A stretch of DNA of 64,000 nucleotides, from NCBI RefSeq assembly GCF_018350175.1, contig NC_058368.1, positions 81,160,001-81,224,000 on the forward strand, read 5' to 3'. This document shows, piece by piece, positions 22,718-34,778 of the stretch. The position numbers and the translations under genes were made by a program. Source of the DNA: Felis catus. Its lineage: Eukaryota. Numbering within the stretch: position 1 is the stretch's first letter; the number at the start of each line of letters is the position of its first letter. Under the pieces are notes generated by a model. That model searched no databases and had not been told where the DNA came from. It saw only the letters and a program-made list of their open reading frames with translations.

Positions 22718-24903
22718 ATGATCCAGCAGGACTCTGGGTCCCTTCCCCTCCCCAACACCCTCTCCTCTTAATTCACACATTATAAAGCTGGTTGCTCAGT
22801 TTAATCTTAATGCAAAGGGAAATGGGTAGGTGGATATCCATTGTAAATAAGGATATTATGCAATACACAGGGAGCAAGGCAGAGCAGCCCCAAATTTTGG
22901 AAGTAATGGCAACAGAGAGACCAGTATACCACCCTGTTATGTGTTTTTAAGTTTGAGCAACCCGCGAGCCTACAGAGCAGAGACCCTGCTCTCAACGAGC
23001 CCAGACACAACGAGAGGGTGGGTACCGGCCATGTGCACCAGGAGGTCAAGGCCAGGGGCCCAGGGATGGCCCGTTTCAGTCGTGTTGCAAACTCCATACA
23101 AGCTTGAATCAAACTCTCTTCGTTTTCACCTGCCTTTCTGCCGTGTCCACTGTGCACAGTAATGTCACCAGCACAGGCATCTTGGGTGCAGGAGATGATG
23201 TGAAAAACTGATGGTACTGATGGCGAAGGTGATAAACTCCTGGAAATGAGAAAACTCTAACGAGAGGCTAACGAGCTGGGTGCTTGTCTGTGGATGGCAT
23301 CTACCTCCTGGATGAGCAGCACAGATCGCGTAGAGGCTGTTTCGGGGGGTCACACTACGCTTGGAGGGCACGGATGGAGTTCCTCTGGCTTCCCCAAGAG
23401 AACATCCCAAGGTGTGTGGAAAGTACAGGGCCTCCAGTTAAGCTGGGATATCAGAGAAGCAACAAATACGCTTTTAGTATGTCTCAAACAGTGGTTGGGG
23501 GTCTGGTGTTTTTATTTGCGACCCTAACTGCGGAGGGTCTGGGAGTTGAAGAACACAGACAGAATTAGGACATTACAAGAGGCTGCTAGGGCACTGAGAA
23601 CCCAAGGGGGAGCAGCGCGGCCAGTAACCTCTCCCTGCCTGCCCGCCCCCTCGCAAGCCTGGGGAGCCTTGGTAGGCTTTGGCTCTGGGTCTTTGTACAT
23701 TCCTAAGAAAGCCTCTGAGTCAGAACGATGCAGGGGAGAAGCAGGAGCTGAAGGAAAGAGCAAAATTAATGAGTAGGGGTGGTAGACTGCGTGATTCATG
23801 GGTTTGAGCAGAGATTTAAAGCGCTAGATAGGTTTACCTTAACTGCACAATGACGGATGATTCAGAGGCGACCGATGGAGATAAATGCCTCTGGGCAAAA
23901 GCACCAGAGGTGATTAAATTCTGCGAGAATTAGGGACAATGGGACAGGGTTCAGAAAAGAAGACAAACTCCCTACGATAAAGGGTTTTCTCTAAAAACAC
24001 CACATTCCCGTCCACAGCACATCCCGCCCTGTACCTTGATCTCTTGGACATTTTGCCAGTTGTTTGCTCCTGAGACACTAGGTAACTCAGTGTGTCAGAC
24101 GATGTACAAAGTACGAGGACAGGAGGAAAAACACCCTCTAAAAGAGGGGCAGGGAGGCTCAAAAGCCCCGCGTCATTAAGATTTGCACATGGATGCAAAT
24201 CTCCAGGGCTCGCGTAATTCTCTGGACTCCAGGGAAGAGCTGAGCAGACTTCCCACCGGCAGTTTTGTATTCCGAATGTTCTTGGAGACAAGAATGGTTC
24301 TGAATAATGCGAAATGACTGTGAAAAACCAGTTCTGCATTTTATCCTGGCATGAATTAGAATCTCAAGCAGCACCAGGCTAGAGGGAGAGAGTGGGGCAC
24401 GGCCCCCCAGTGGAGGGTCCCCACCACGCCAGCACCCCTGTCTCCAGCGGCCCTGCTGACCAGTGCCACTCAGGCAGCCAGCGTGCCTGAACCGCTGTCA
24501 CCGTGTCTCCAGGAAGATGGGCCCACGGGGAACGCCACTGGTGGCGGAGGCGAAGAGGTTCAGGGAGGTGCCAGCTCCTGGCACGGGGACAGTCTCCTGG
24601 ATGACTCCGGTCCCACACTCCTACATTCAAACTTGGAACAGCCTCTTTGGAGTGTGTGCTTTTCTGTGCACTGCTGGGATTGCAGGGGTGCGTGAGGATC
24701 AGGAAATCTGGGGACGGGCCCCTTGCTAGCGTCCGCATCTACTGCTGTGCTTTTCCTTAAGGAGAGAAAGTCAGGAAGAAGAAGAGTCCCACCACCTGAG
24801 TCGTCACATACCAGTCAGTGGCGATACATTAACGTCGTCTGACGTTAAGCTGGTATAACTCCCCGCCTGCCTCCCAGGCCAGGATGAAAGGTTCTTCCCA
24901 CTT

Positions 24904-24993
24904 GGGGCGCCTGGGTGGCTCAGTCGGTTGGACATCCGACTTCAGCTCGGTCATGATCTCTCGGTTTGTGAGTTTAAGCCCTGTGTTGGGACT
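24904..24993 (+). mobile_element. 3'-truncated Can-SINE (tRNA-derived head only)
   Basis: GGGGCGCCTGGGTGGCTCAGTCGGTTGG head. Similarity stops before the CT tract and there is no A-tail. Confidence 0.88.
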
Positions 24994-25239
24994 CAGTCCT
25001 CCAGCTCCGGAGAGGAACGTGTCCTCGTTTCCCAGACCTAAGTCCTTGTGTCCACCAGCTCCCAAAGAGGAACCTGCTGGTCGCGCCCCTCCCCCCGCCC
25101 CGCCCTGCCCCGGGGGTGTGGGACACCACCTGTTCCCGGATGACGGTTTTAGATACAGGATCAGAATCCCCGTTTTATAGAGAATACAGTTAAGAACCCT
25201 GTGGGTATAAATTACTTTGTGAGCGTCTTGTAACATAGA

Positions 25240-25630
25240 TGTGTGTGCCACTAATTCTGCTCAGAACAGCTATGAATTTATCAGTCTTTTATTTACTGCG
25301 TTGTTCTCATTATTTGGCACCTATTTTAGTTCAGCAATTAGAATAGGCAAGGATATATATTAATAATTATAATTAGGTTTAGGAAAAATTAAAGCCAAGT
25401 GAAAACAAATGGATACATCTTTACAAGAAAATTTACTTCTTTGTTGTCTGGTTAGCATAGAGTCATTAAGGATTACAGATTGTTTGCAACCCTCTGCTCA
25501 GTCTATTTGTGTGGGAGAAAATACAAGAGGAAAAGAATGAGGGGGAAAAAGGGGATGTGAACATTTGTTTTTATTTAGCGCCTGACGTCTGAAAATATTA
25601 GGAAGTGATGTTTTAAAGCCCATTTGTAAG
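25240..25630. promoter_or_regulatory. Candidate conserved non-coding element / enhancer
   Basis: AT-rich, non-repeat-like island between GC-rich flanks, with multiple TAAT/ATTA cores (attaataattataattagg). Function is inferred only. Confidence 0.35.
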
Positions 25631-26559
25631 GAGCCAAAGTTGGTGCCTTGTCATCGCATGGCTTCCGGCATTGTCCCGCTAACGAGGCTCGTCTGGCAGA
25701 TTTCCTCGGATGCCACCAGGAGCAGACAAATGGTGGTGTCACACGTGACGAAGCAGCCTGGACGGCAGCCCCGGAGAGGGCTCCTCTAAGACGCTGGCAG
25801 TCTCTGTCTCCGGCACGGGATGCAGGTCAGCCCGGAGACGGCTCCTCTGGTCCGGTGGGCTGGGGACACGACCACCTCGTGGAGCTGATCGTCACGTGTG
25901 CACGCTGGGGGGCACGTCTTGCCGCTTCCGTGCCCTCTAAACTGTGCCAGCCACTTGCCAGTGAGACTTTCTGCAGCAGTGGTGTGAGGAGGGCCCAGCG
26001 CAGTGCGTCTGCGGTACCCCAGGCCCTCGGGAGACACCGTTGCCAGCATTTTCTCTTGTTGGGATCTGTGGAAGCCGTCCGTCCCTGTGCTGATCTGCAG
26101 AGGCCCAGTGGTGTGGCCGGATAGCACGATCCTGCAAACCTCTCTGCGTCTTCCGCTTTCCAGTTTCACCTGGAAACAGTGCTCCTGGCAGAAACCCTGG
26201 ACGGGAGCTCCGAAGACACCGGTCTGCAAGCCGCTTCTGCCCTTAGTGTCTGCACAGCCCGGCCGGGCAGGGGCAGGGGGCGAGGGGGGTGTGCCTCAGC
26301 CTCTGGGCCTCCGACTTCTCCATAAATCAGTACGTCTGATCTTTTCTAGCCCTTAACTTTTACAATTCCGTTCCATTCATATACAAATTTCTTCTAAGCT
26401 CAGTACTTTACTGACTGGGGTTTGGGCTCTTTTGCCCAGCCAACTCTGTAGAACCGGACTCCAGCAATGAGGACAAGATGTGGGGTCCACGTGCCCGTCT
26501 GCCGGGGCCACTGGCAGCTCCGTGTGACATGCACCAGAACTGTCTCCGTGTGCATATGG

Positions 26560-27330
26560 TCTCTTAGAAAACAAGGGGCTCATCACTATTAGGTTGATCT
26601 CATTACACGGTAATAAATTAGAAGTTGCAGTGAGATTAGGTTGATTTCTGACTGACAAATTTTGGTTGCAGGGCAGAAAAGAAATAATCGTATTTAAAGC
26701 TACAACAGCTGTTACACCATATTATATTTAAAAACCCTTTAGAGGAATTAGTTAATTAATTTTAACCTTGTTACACTCTCTGCAGTCGTGTTCCAAAATA
26801 CCTAGCAGTGATTAATCATGATCAGAATTTTTATCAGTCATGATCTAATACATTTTTCCAAAAAGAAGATTTTATCGCATGTTAAAATTACTTCGTTTGA
26901 GTTCTTTAATTGTAGATCTTAATCTTGTTTGAAAATATAATCTTTACCCATTCAGTAGCATGCAAAGTTAGTGCTTCTACTCAAAAACACATTTTCAAAC
27001 TTTGCTTTTGCTTGGATTCTTTTTCTTTTCTTTCTCCCTCTCTCTCTCTCTCTCTCACCACCCCTCCTTTTCTTTGCTACACCATATCATTTAATTTCAT
27101 GTGGCTTTAATGAGTAATTGTTTTCAACAGCTTCTGAGAGTTTCAGTCAGCAATATTTCATTCTGGGATAAAAGGTAATGATCCATAAATTCTTAATGCC
27201 ATATTTTTATAGCCAGTAAATTAGTCTTTAATGGGTTCAATAAGTTCTGTGATGTATGTCATTAATTGTTAATGGTGTTTTAACTAGATAATTGTCATGA
27301 AGGACTGTTTATCATGGCCGCTGGTGAATG
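26560..27330. promoter_or_regulatory. Candidate conserved non-coding element / enhancer
   Basis: AT-rich, repeat-free, dense in TAAT/TAATTA, TGATTAATCA, CCATAAA and TTTTAT motifs. Confidence 0.45.
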
Positions 27331-27481
27331 ACTGATCCGTGCTATCTGTTCTGGCCTCGTGTGCTGAGAGCAGGTCAGGTGCACAAAATGCACAGATCAA
27401 ATATCAAATTCCAACACTTAACGCATCCTGATGGTGGCGGTGACATAATCCTACAGCCTTTGGTTCCTTGTTTTCATCTTC

Positions 27482-28258
27482 TGTATCGGTCAGCTACTGG
27501 TCCTATTATACTAACAAGCCACACCCAAGTTCCGTGGCTTAAAACAGTGATCATTTACACTAACATGACAGTTAGTTTTATGTGCTACCTTCGCTAGGCT
27601 CTGCTACCCAGATCATCAATCAGACATGAATCTAGGTGCTTCTCTGAAGGCATTTTGTAGATACAGCAAACATTCACCATCAGTTGACTTTAAATAAAGG
27701 AGTGTACCTTCGATAATGTGGCTGGACCTCTTTCAATCAACTGAACGCTAAAATACCAAAGACTGAGATTTCCTACAAAAGAAGGAATTCTGTCTCTAGG
27801 CTGCAGTGTAGATATCCTGTCCAAGTTCCCAGCCTGCTGCCTGCCCTATGATTCTAGACTCTCCAGCCCTGACTCAGGGGTCTGCAGACTGGGTGGGGAC
27901 CAGCTGGTCTAGCATGGGTCCAACTGGGCTGGGCTCACTGCCATAGGCTGGCGTCTATCCTCATGTTTCTTGAGCTACCCAGGCCAGCCTCATCTTGAGC
28001 AATGGCAGAGAAGGAGGAGGGCTAGCCTTATCACTCCAGCACAGAGAAGGAAGAAGGCTAGCCTTATCACTCCAGCACATTGCAAGTCTTGCTTGACTCA
28101 CATCTGCTAACATCCTCTGGAAGAAGACGGGGCCCGCGGTGCAGGGCAGGGAAGTTGTGTCATGTATAGTCAGAAGAGCCACAAAGTTGTGCTCAGAGGG
28201 TGAAGGTAAAGGAGAGGGTAATGGATTTTCAGCAGTGACCCTTCTTATGAGTCATACA
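27482..28258 (-). mobile_element. MLT1-type (MaLR) LTR interrupted by an MLT2 LTR
   Basis: 'tgtatcggtcagcta...ccaagttccgtggcttaaaaca' at the left end and 'cacatctgctaacatcc...cataca' at the right are typical of antisense MLT1. Confidence 0.65.
27566..27872 (+). mobile_element. MLT2-type ERVL LTR fragment nested in MLT1
   Basis: 'gttagttttatgtgctacc...cccagat...cttcgataatgtggctggacctc...caatcaactgaa...gaaggaattctg' matches recalled sense MLT2C/D. Confidence 0.75.
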
Positions 28259-28990
28259 AGGCTGGAAATCCAGTGCTCACATAATGGGCACGTCCTCATT
28301 TGCTCCCAGTATATTCACCCTGTCCCTCACTCAGGGCCAGACGGTGTCGGGGCCCCACAGGCCAGAAACATACTAAAAGCTCCCTTGAAGGCGGTCTTCT
28401 CCAAGAACCTCAACAAGGCACCACTGGCAAGGAGCACAGAATTGCTGTTTGGAATCCTCAATATTCCTGTGTTCATTGCCTGCTTTCTCTACAGTTCAGT
28501 TTGCTTTTTTCTTTTTAGGCAACTTTACATGAGTTAAACATTTATTTTCCAGCCCAATCAGTGGTTTTACTTTTGGCTTTTTTGTAGCTATAAAAATGCT
28601 ACAGTTTCCCTCCTTTCTGCATTGATGATCTGTCTGGACAGCATCTGCTGCTGCCCTGAGATGAAGGCTACGTCTGCAAAGGGACCTGGCAGAGGGGCAC
28701 AGAGAAGCCATGGCAAGACCCCCGGGAGACAAGAGCATGACTTTCAGAGCCAGATGCATGAGCACGGTCAAAGACATCCAGGCCACAGGAACAGCATATG
28801 CAAAATCTGAGAAATGATCGTTGGTGATGAGTGATAATTGCTCTGGGATAACCAAGCCTAACTCAACTGTTACATGGTCCAGCTGTGGAGTCATGGTTCC
28901 GGAGCCTTTGCTGATCTGTCTAATCTACAAAAAACTACCCTAAAAAGGGCTGTCTCCCTCCTACTATGAATCTGCTCTCCAGAAAAGAAT

Positions 28991-29061
28991 ATGCATATGC
29001 ACATGCACACATGCACACCCGTGCGCACACACGTGCACATGCACACACACACATGCACATG
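28991..29061. repeat. Alternating purine-pyrimidine (CA/TG/CG) tract
   Basis: atgcatatgcacatgcacacatgcacacccgtgcgcacacacgtgcacatgcacacacacacatgcacatg. Confidence 0.85.
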
Positions 29062-29159
29062 ATACACGCCTTCAAAGCCTTCAGCTTTCTGACAAAGCAC
29101 ACAGTTAGGGGACCTACAGTTTCAGGAGCTTGTGGGAACATCAGTGGATTGCAAAGACA

Positions 29160-29480
29160 TTTACGGGCTCAGATTTATAGGGTAGTTGATCAATTGAACA
29201 TGTGAGATTAAGGAAGGAAAGGGAAAAATCAAGGATGGCTCAGTTTTCTCATCTGGTTGATTGGGTGGAGGATGAGGTCATTCCCCGTGCTCAGAACAGG
29301 AGGAGAGCAGGGCCTGGGGGAGCGATGAAGGCTGCAGTTTGCACATGTAGGGTTTCCCCATGTCCTGGAGGTGGCCACCACCCAGGTCTGAAGCACAAGA
29401 GAGGAATGGGATTTGAAAACAGGGAGTAGGAATCACCAACACTGCTGTGATTGGAAGTGTTAGGGCCATATCCCTGGGGC
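29160..29480 (-). mobile_element. L2 LINE fragment
   Basis: 'gaaaaatcaaggatggctcagttttctcatctggttgattgggtggaggatgaggtcatt...ggaggagagcaggg' is typical of L2 antisense. Confidence 0.6.
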
Positions 29481-30872
29481 CGTCAGCGCCCTTGGGAACA
29501 GAGGGGGAAGGGGCAGTTATGGGCAGTGAACTGAGTCTCAGATTCTAAAGGAAGAGCAGGCTCCAGGGGGAGAAGGGCAGGGCCCCCGCTAGGCAGGCAG
29601 GTGCGATCGCTGGAGAAACGCCATGGATTCAGCAATAAGGTCGTTATTTAAAATTTGGGCTAAGCTTCTTCTGGGACGCTCAGCCCACTTGCCTGCAACG
29701 CCTGTCTCTTGGGAGGTGTCTGAATTGCCCTGCGGGGCCGAAGCTTACTCTGTGGTGGGTCCAGTCACAGGAGTGCAGGGTGTCCCTGGCAGGGGGTGGA
29801 ACCTGTTGCTTGAAAAGGCCCCGGTGCTGATCTGCACCCTCACACGTGCGCCTGCCCCCGTGAGAGCCCCTGGTCTTCTGCACGGCGTCGTTCCCACGAC
29901 TTAAAATTCTGGGCACACCGACCGTTCTATCAAGTTTCTTCCCCTGAAATTCACGAGAGCCGGACATGATTCCACTTCTGAAACGATACTCGTTCTTTAC
30001 CGCCCCTTGCAGATGGTGCCGTGCAGGCCAGCCTTTGCCTGGAGTCTGGCTCTCGGCCCCTGCAGGCCTCAGGCTGGATCGTGAGCTGACAGGGTGATGA
30101 GGGCCCAGCCGACAACACACTGCGCCTCATTTGTTCTGAGGCTTCTGGTGTCTGCATCCAAATGCGTGTGGACACCAGACACGGGCTGCGGTCCGTGGAG
30201 GGCCGGCGTGCAGCCGGGACATCAGGGCATGCGACACGTTGTGTCTGCACACACACAGGCATCTCAGAAGGTGGCCAACACAAGAACGAGACCCCAGCAA
30301 GGAGCAGGCAGGGCTTCTTTCACATCCAGAAAAATGTGGGCCACCACCAAGGTCAAGCAAGACGCCCCCGGCTCAAGATTTGGCCTGGGCCATTGGCCTA
30401 TCTCCCTGGCCTGGGCCACGTCCTTCTGCAGGAGTGGGTGGGGGGGCCTCCAGAGGCCCAGGGATGCTCCCTCTTCTGCAGTGGGACAAAGGGACTAACC
30501 CACCTGGGGTGAGGGTGCCGGGGTTCACCTGGGAGGTTGCCATGTGACGCGGCAGCCAGGAGTTGAGCACCGGGGCCGGCCCACTGCTGCTAATGCAGAG
30601 ACTCCCCCCCCCGCACTGTCTCATGTGCTAACTCGCCAGCCAGCCCCTCCTGGGGTGGCAGCAGCAATGTTGTGTGTGGCACGTGCAGACTGTGGCACGC
30701 GAGCTGTCTTCACCTTCCAGTGGCTGCGGGCTCCCTCTGCCCGCCACCCTCCTGTGTCCACAGAGACGCTTCCTAATCCCCTATGAGAGCCTAGACCATG
30801 ATTGACCTGCTGCTGAGTGTGGGGTTCTGGCCAGCAGAGCAAACAGCCTCGCACCTTCACCCACACACACCC

Positions 30873-31220
30873 CGTGTGCTCAGCTAGTGCTACTGTGACA
30901 AGGGCTCGGACATTTCCTCCTCACAGTTCTGGAGGCTGGACAGTCCAAGGTCAAGGTGCCGGCACATTCGGTTCCGTAGAGCCCGCTGCTGGCTTGCCCA
31001 CGCCACTTCATGCTGGGCGCCTCTTCCAATAAGGACCCTAAATCCCACCGTGGGGGCTTCGCCCTCATGACCTCACCTAAACCCAATCACCTCCCAGAGG
31101 GCCCACCTCCAGATACCAGCCCTCTGGCCCTCTGGGAGGTGATTAGGCTTAGGTGGAGTCATGAGGTCATGACTTTGATTTCAGAGGATTTTTAGGGGAA
31201 CACAAACACCCAGCCATAAC
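30873..31220 (-). mobile_element. MLT1A/C-like MaLR LTR fragments
   Basis: 'tcacagttctggaggctggacagtccaaggtcaaggtgccggca...ccctcatgacctcacctaaacccaatcacctcccagagggcccacctcc...ggggaacacaaac'. Confidence 0.75.
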
Positions 31221-31705
31221 AGAGGTGATCCGTCAACACCGGTCCTCGCCTCTGGCCAAGCACACAGGCCACCCCATGGGCTCTCCATGCTGCCTCCAGG
31301 ATGCCATGCTGCCCCAGCCGCTGCCTGAGCAGTTCTGGTTAGCCGACACCTTCCATCCGGAGAGGTGGGAGGTCTTCGTGGAAGGAAATGCTCTGCCATG
31401 AGAAACCGTAAGCTTTGCCGTCCGCGCGAATATATCCAACGTGTGTCTAAGCTCAGCAGTTCACACATCTCTGAAAGGGGGCTTGTTACACAACCGATGT
31501 GAAACACTGTTATCATGCAGTGTCTAATTAGTGCTGGCAAAACAAAAATAGCAGAACAGCATACAGACACCTAGTAACTCAGTGAGGAAAGGTACTATAG
31601 TCCAAATCATAGCAGATACACTAAAGGTAACATCACATCTGGAAAAATAACTTCATGATACGATGATGCGTAATAATAGCATGAATCAATGGAAAGACAC
31701 ACAGA

Positions 31706-32140
31706 GGAATATTGCTCGGCAATGAAAAAGAATGAAATCTTGCCATTTGCAACGTGGATGGAACTAGAGGGTATTATGCTAAGTGAAATAAGTCAGTCAG
31801 AGAAAGACAAATATCGTATGACTTCACTTCTATGTGGATTTTAAGATACAAAACAGATGGACACAAGGGAAGGGAAGCACAAATAAGATAAAAACAGAGA
31901 GAGACAAATCATATGAGACTCTTAAATACAGAGAACAAACTGAGGGCTGTTGGAGGGGAGGAGCGGGGGATGGGCTAGATGGGTGACGGGGATTAAGAGG
32001 AGGGCACTTGGGATGAGCACTGGGTTTTATAGGTAAGTGATGAATCACTAAATTCTATTCCTGAAATCATCATCACACTGTATGTTAACTAACTTGGACA
32101 TACATTTTAAAAATGATAAGTAATAAAAATAAATAAAATA
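31706..32140 (+). mobile_element. 5'-truncated carnivore L1 3' end
   Basis: 'aagaatgaaatcttgccatttgcaacgtggatggaactagagggtattatgctaagtgaaataagtcagtcagagaaagacaaata' followed by the L1 3'UTR G-rich tract and an A-rich tail. Confidence 0.92.
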
Positions 32141-32268
32141 CATTGACATTATCTCTAGTTTAAGATGCATGTAAACTTTCTTGCCTATGTAGGTTCATCA
32201 CGAGAACAAATATAATCACTGTAGCCATCAGGAACTATGGGGGCCAAAACTAGTGAAAAAGAATAGTG

Positions 32269-32391
32269 GGGGTGCCTGGGGGACTCAGTCAGTTAAGCAT
32301 CAGACTCTTGATTTCGGCACAAGTCATGATCGCACAGTCATGGGATCGAGCCCCATGTGGGGCTCCATGCTGGATGTAGAGCCTGCTTGAG

Positions 32392-32441
<50 letters not shown>

Positions 32442-32520
32442 TGTCTCCCCCCCTCCACCCCTCCCCCATCCCCATCCCATACTCTCTCTCTCCTTCTAAA
32501 AAAAAAAAAGAAAAGAAAAG
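32269..32520 (+). mobile_element. Can-SINE (older subfamily)
   Basis: GGGGTGCCTGGG head with the 'gactcttgatttcggc' variant, long (CT)n and A tail. Confidence 0.92.
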
Positions 32521-32689
32521 ATAGATTGGGTCAACCAATACATTAGATTCAGGCTTCCAGACATTGATAACAGCTGATTATAGCCATTGAAGGGAGAGCA
32601 TCTTAATGAGTGAGATACCTTAAGAAAATAATTAAATGTTTAAACAATCTGCTGATTGATCCATCACTGTTCATCTCTGAAGCCTTCTA

Positions 32690-33246
32690 TTCCTTATTTT
32701 ATTTATTTTATTTCATTTTATTTCATTTTATTTTAAGCATAGCTGACACACAATGTCACACTACTTTCAGGGGTACAACTTAGCGATGTGAGACGTCTAT
32801 ACATTATGCCGTGCTTACCACACAAGCGTAGCTACCGTCCGTCCTGTTACCTCACTATTTTTCATTTTATTTTAAATTTATGTACAGTAAGATGCTTTTT
32901 GGCACACAGGTGTGTGGGTTCTGACCAACGTCCAGAGGCCCGTACTCACCACAGTGAAGATACAGACCACGTGTGTCTCTCTCAGAATTGCCTTGTGCTC
33001 CGTCTTTGAGGTCAAAACCTCCCCAGAGGGGCACCTGGGTGGCGCAGTCGGTTAAGCGTCCGACTTCAGCCAGGTCACGATCTCGCGGTCCATGAGTTCG
33101 AGCCCCGCGTCAGGCTCTGGGCTAATGGCTCGGAGCCTGGAGCCTGTTTCTGATTCTGTGTCTCCCCCTCTCTCTGCCCCTCCCCCGTTCATGCTCTGTC
33201 TCTCTCTGTCCCAAAAATAAATAAAAAACGTTGAAAAAATTTAAAA

Positions 33247-33306
<60 letters not shown>

Positions 33307-33800
33307 AGAGCCTTTAAAAAAAAAAAAAAAAAAAAAACAACCTCCCCAGAGTTCATCGCTGACAACCCTGATCTGTGCCCATCACTATCGGGCCCCTTTT
33401 CCAGAATGCCACTTAGGTGCAACAGGACAACAGGCAACCTTTTGAGCGACCTGCTTTGTGCCACGATGACAGGTTTGAAACGCATGTCTGTTCCTATGTG
33501 TCTCTGTGTGCTTTAGTGTCCTGTCACTCTCCAGCCAAAGAACGTTTGGGGGCTTCTACGTTCTGGTGAGTGTGAGTCCCTATAAACATTTGTGTGTGGT
33601 CTCTGTGGAAACATGAGTTTTTGTCTCCCTTCCTTGGATAAATGCACAGGAGTGGGCTTGCTCGATCACACGGTGTGTTTAACTTAATTAAAATTGTCAA
33701 ACCATTTCCCAGTGTGGCCCTACAATCTTGTGTTCCCAGCAGCAATGTGGGAAAGCCCCAGCTGCCCCACACTCCATCAACACGCGATATTGTCGATTTC
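32690..33800 (-). mobile_element. Antisense L1 3'-end fragments (L1MA/MB-like), split by a SINE
   Basis: (TTTTA)n tail, then 'gctgacacacaatgtcacactactttcaggggtacaac' and 'tgtcaaaccatttcccagtgtggcc...cccagcagcaatgtg'. Confidence 0.75.
33028..33337 (+). mobile_element. Young feliform Can-SINE (SINEC_Fc type) with (GAAA)n-expanded tail
   Basis: 'gtggcgcagtcggttaagcgtccgacttcagccaggtcacgatctcgcggtc' diagnostic head. TSD aacctccccaga on both sides. Confidence 0.96.
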
Positions 33801-33809
33801 TAACTGGCA

Positions 33810-34430
33810 AACTTTCAGGCTTCAGAGGACAACACCAAGAAAGTGAAAAGAGAACCTACAGAATGGGGGAGACTTTCCAGTTATATATCTGACAAGGGTC
33901 TAATGACCAAATATGTAAAGTACTGTTACAACTCAACAACAAATAGGGACGACTGGGTGGCTCAGTTGGTTGAGCATCCGACTCTTGATTTCAGCTCAGG
34001 TCATGATCCCAGGGTCATGGGATCAAGCCCCGTTTCGGGCTCCACACTGAATGTTGAGCCTAAGATCCTCTCTCTCCCTCTCTCTCTGCCCCTCCCCTGC
34101 TTGTGCATGCTCTTTCTCCCTAAAATAAAAAAAACTAAAACAAAAAATAGACAAATAGACAAATAACCTAATTAAAGAGTGAGCAAATGATCCGAATAGA
34201 TTTTCTCCACAGAAGATTCACAAATGACCAATAAGAGGGGTTTGTCATCAGAGAAATGCAAATCAAATCCACAGCGAGGTACCACTTTGCATCTCTGAGG
34301 AGGCTGCAATCAAAAGACAGTAACGACAAGTGTTGGTGACAACGTGGAACAGCTGGAACCCATAGACATTGCTGGTAGAAAGGAAAATATTGCAGACACC
34401 GTGGAACCCAGTGTGGCAGGTCCTCAGAAA
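33810..34430 (+). mobile_element. L1 ORF2 3' fragment (sense), split by a SINE
   Basis: Encodes decayed 'KREPTEW...YISDKGL' and 'catcagagaaatgcaaatcaaatccacagcgaggtaccac' (REMQIKTT.RYH). Confidence 0.85.
33946..34148 (+). mobile_element. Can-SINE (older subfamily) in L1
   Basis: 'ctgggtggctcagttggttgagcatccgactcttgatttcagctcagg' head, CT tract and A tail. Confidence 0.9.
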
Positions 34431-34557
34431 CATCCCGTAAATTCTGACATGTCCTATTTTTGTTTCCGTTCATCTCAAAGTATTTCCTAATTTCCCTCGT
34501 AATTTCTTCATTGATTGATTACTTAGGAATGTGTAGATTAATTTCTACATATTTGTG

Positions 34558-34778
34558 GGTCACCTGGGTGGCCCAGTCAGGTGAGCGACCAACTTCAGCT
34601 CAGGTCACGATCTCACAGCTCGTGAGTTCAAGCCCCATGTCAGGCTCTGTGCTGACAACTCAGAGCCTGGAGCCTGCTTCCGATTCTGTGTCTCCTTCTC
34701 TCTCTGCCCCTCCCCCACTTGTGCTCTGTCTCTCTCTGTCTCTCAAGAATAAATAAATGTAAAAAAAATTTTTTTTAA
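34558..34778 (+). mobile_element. Can-SINE in L1
   Basis: Perfect 19-bp TSD taatttctacatatttgtg at 34539-34557 and 34779-34797. Confidence 0.95.
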
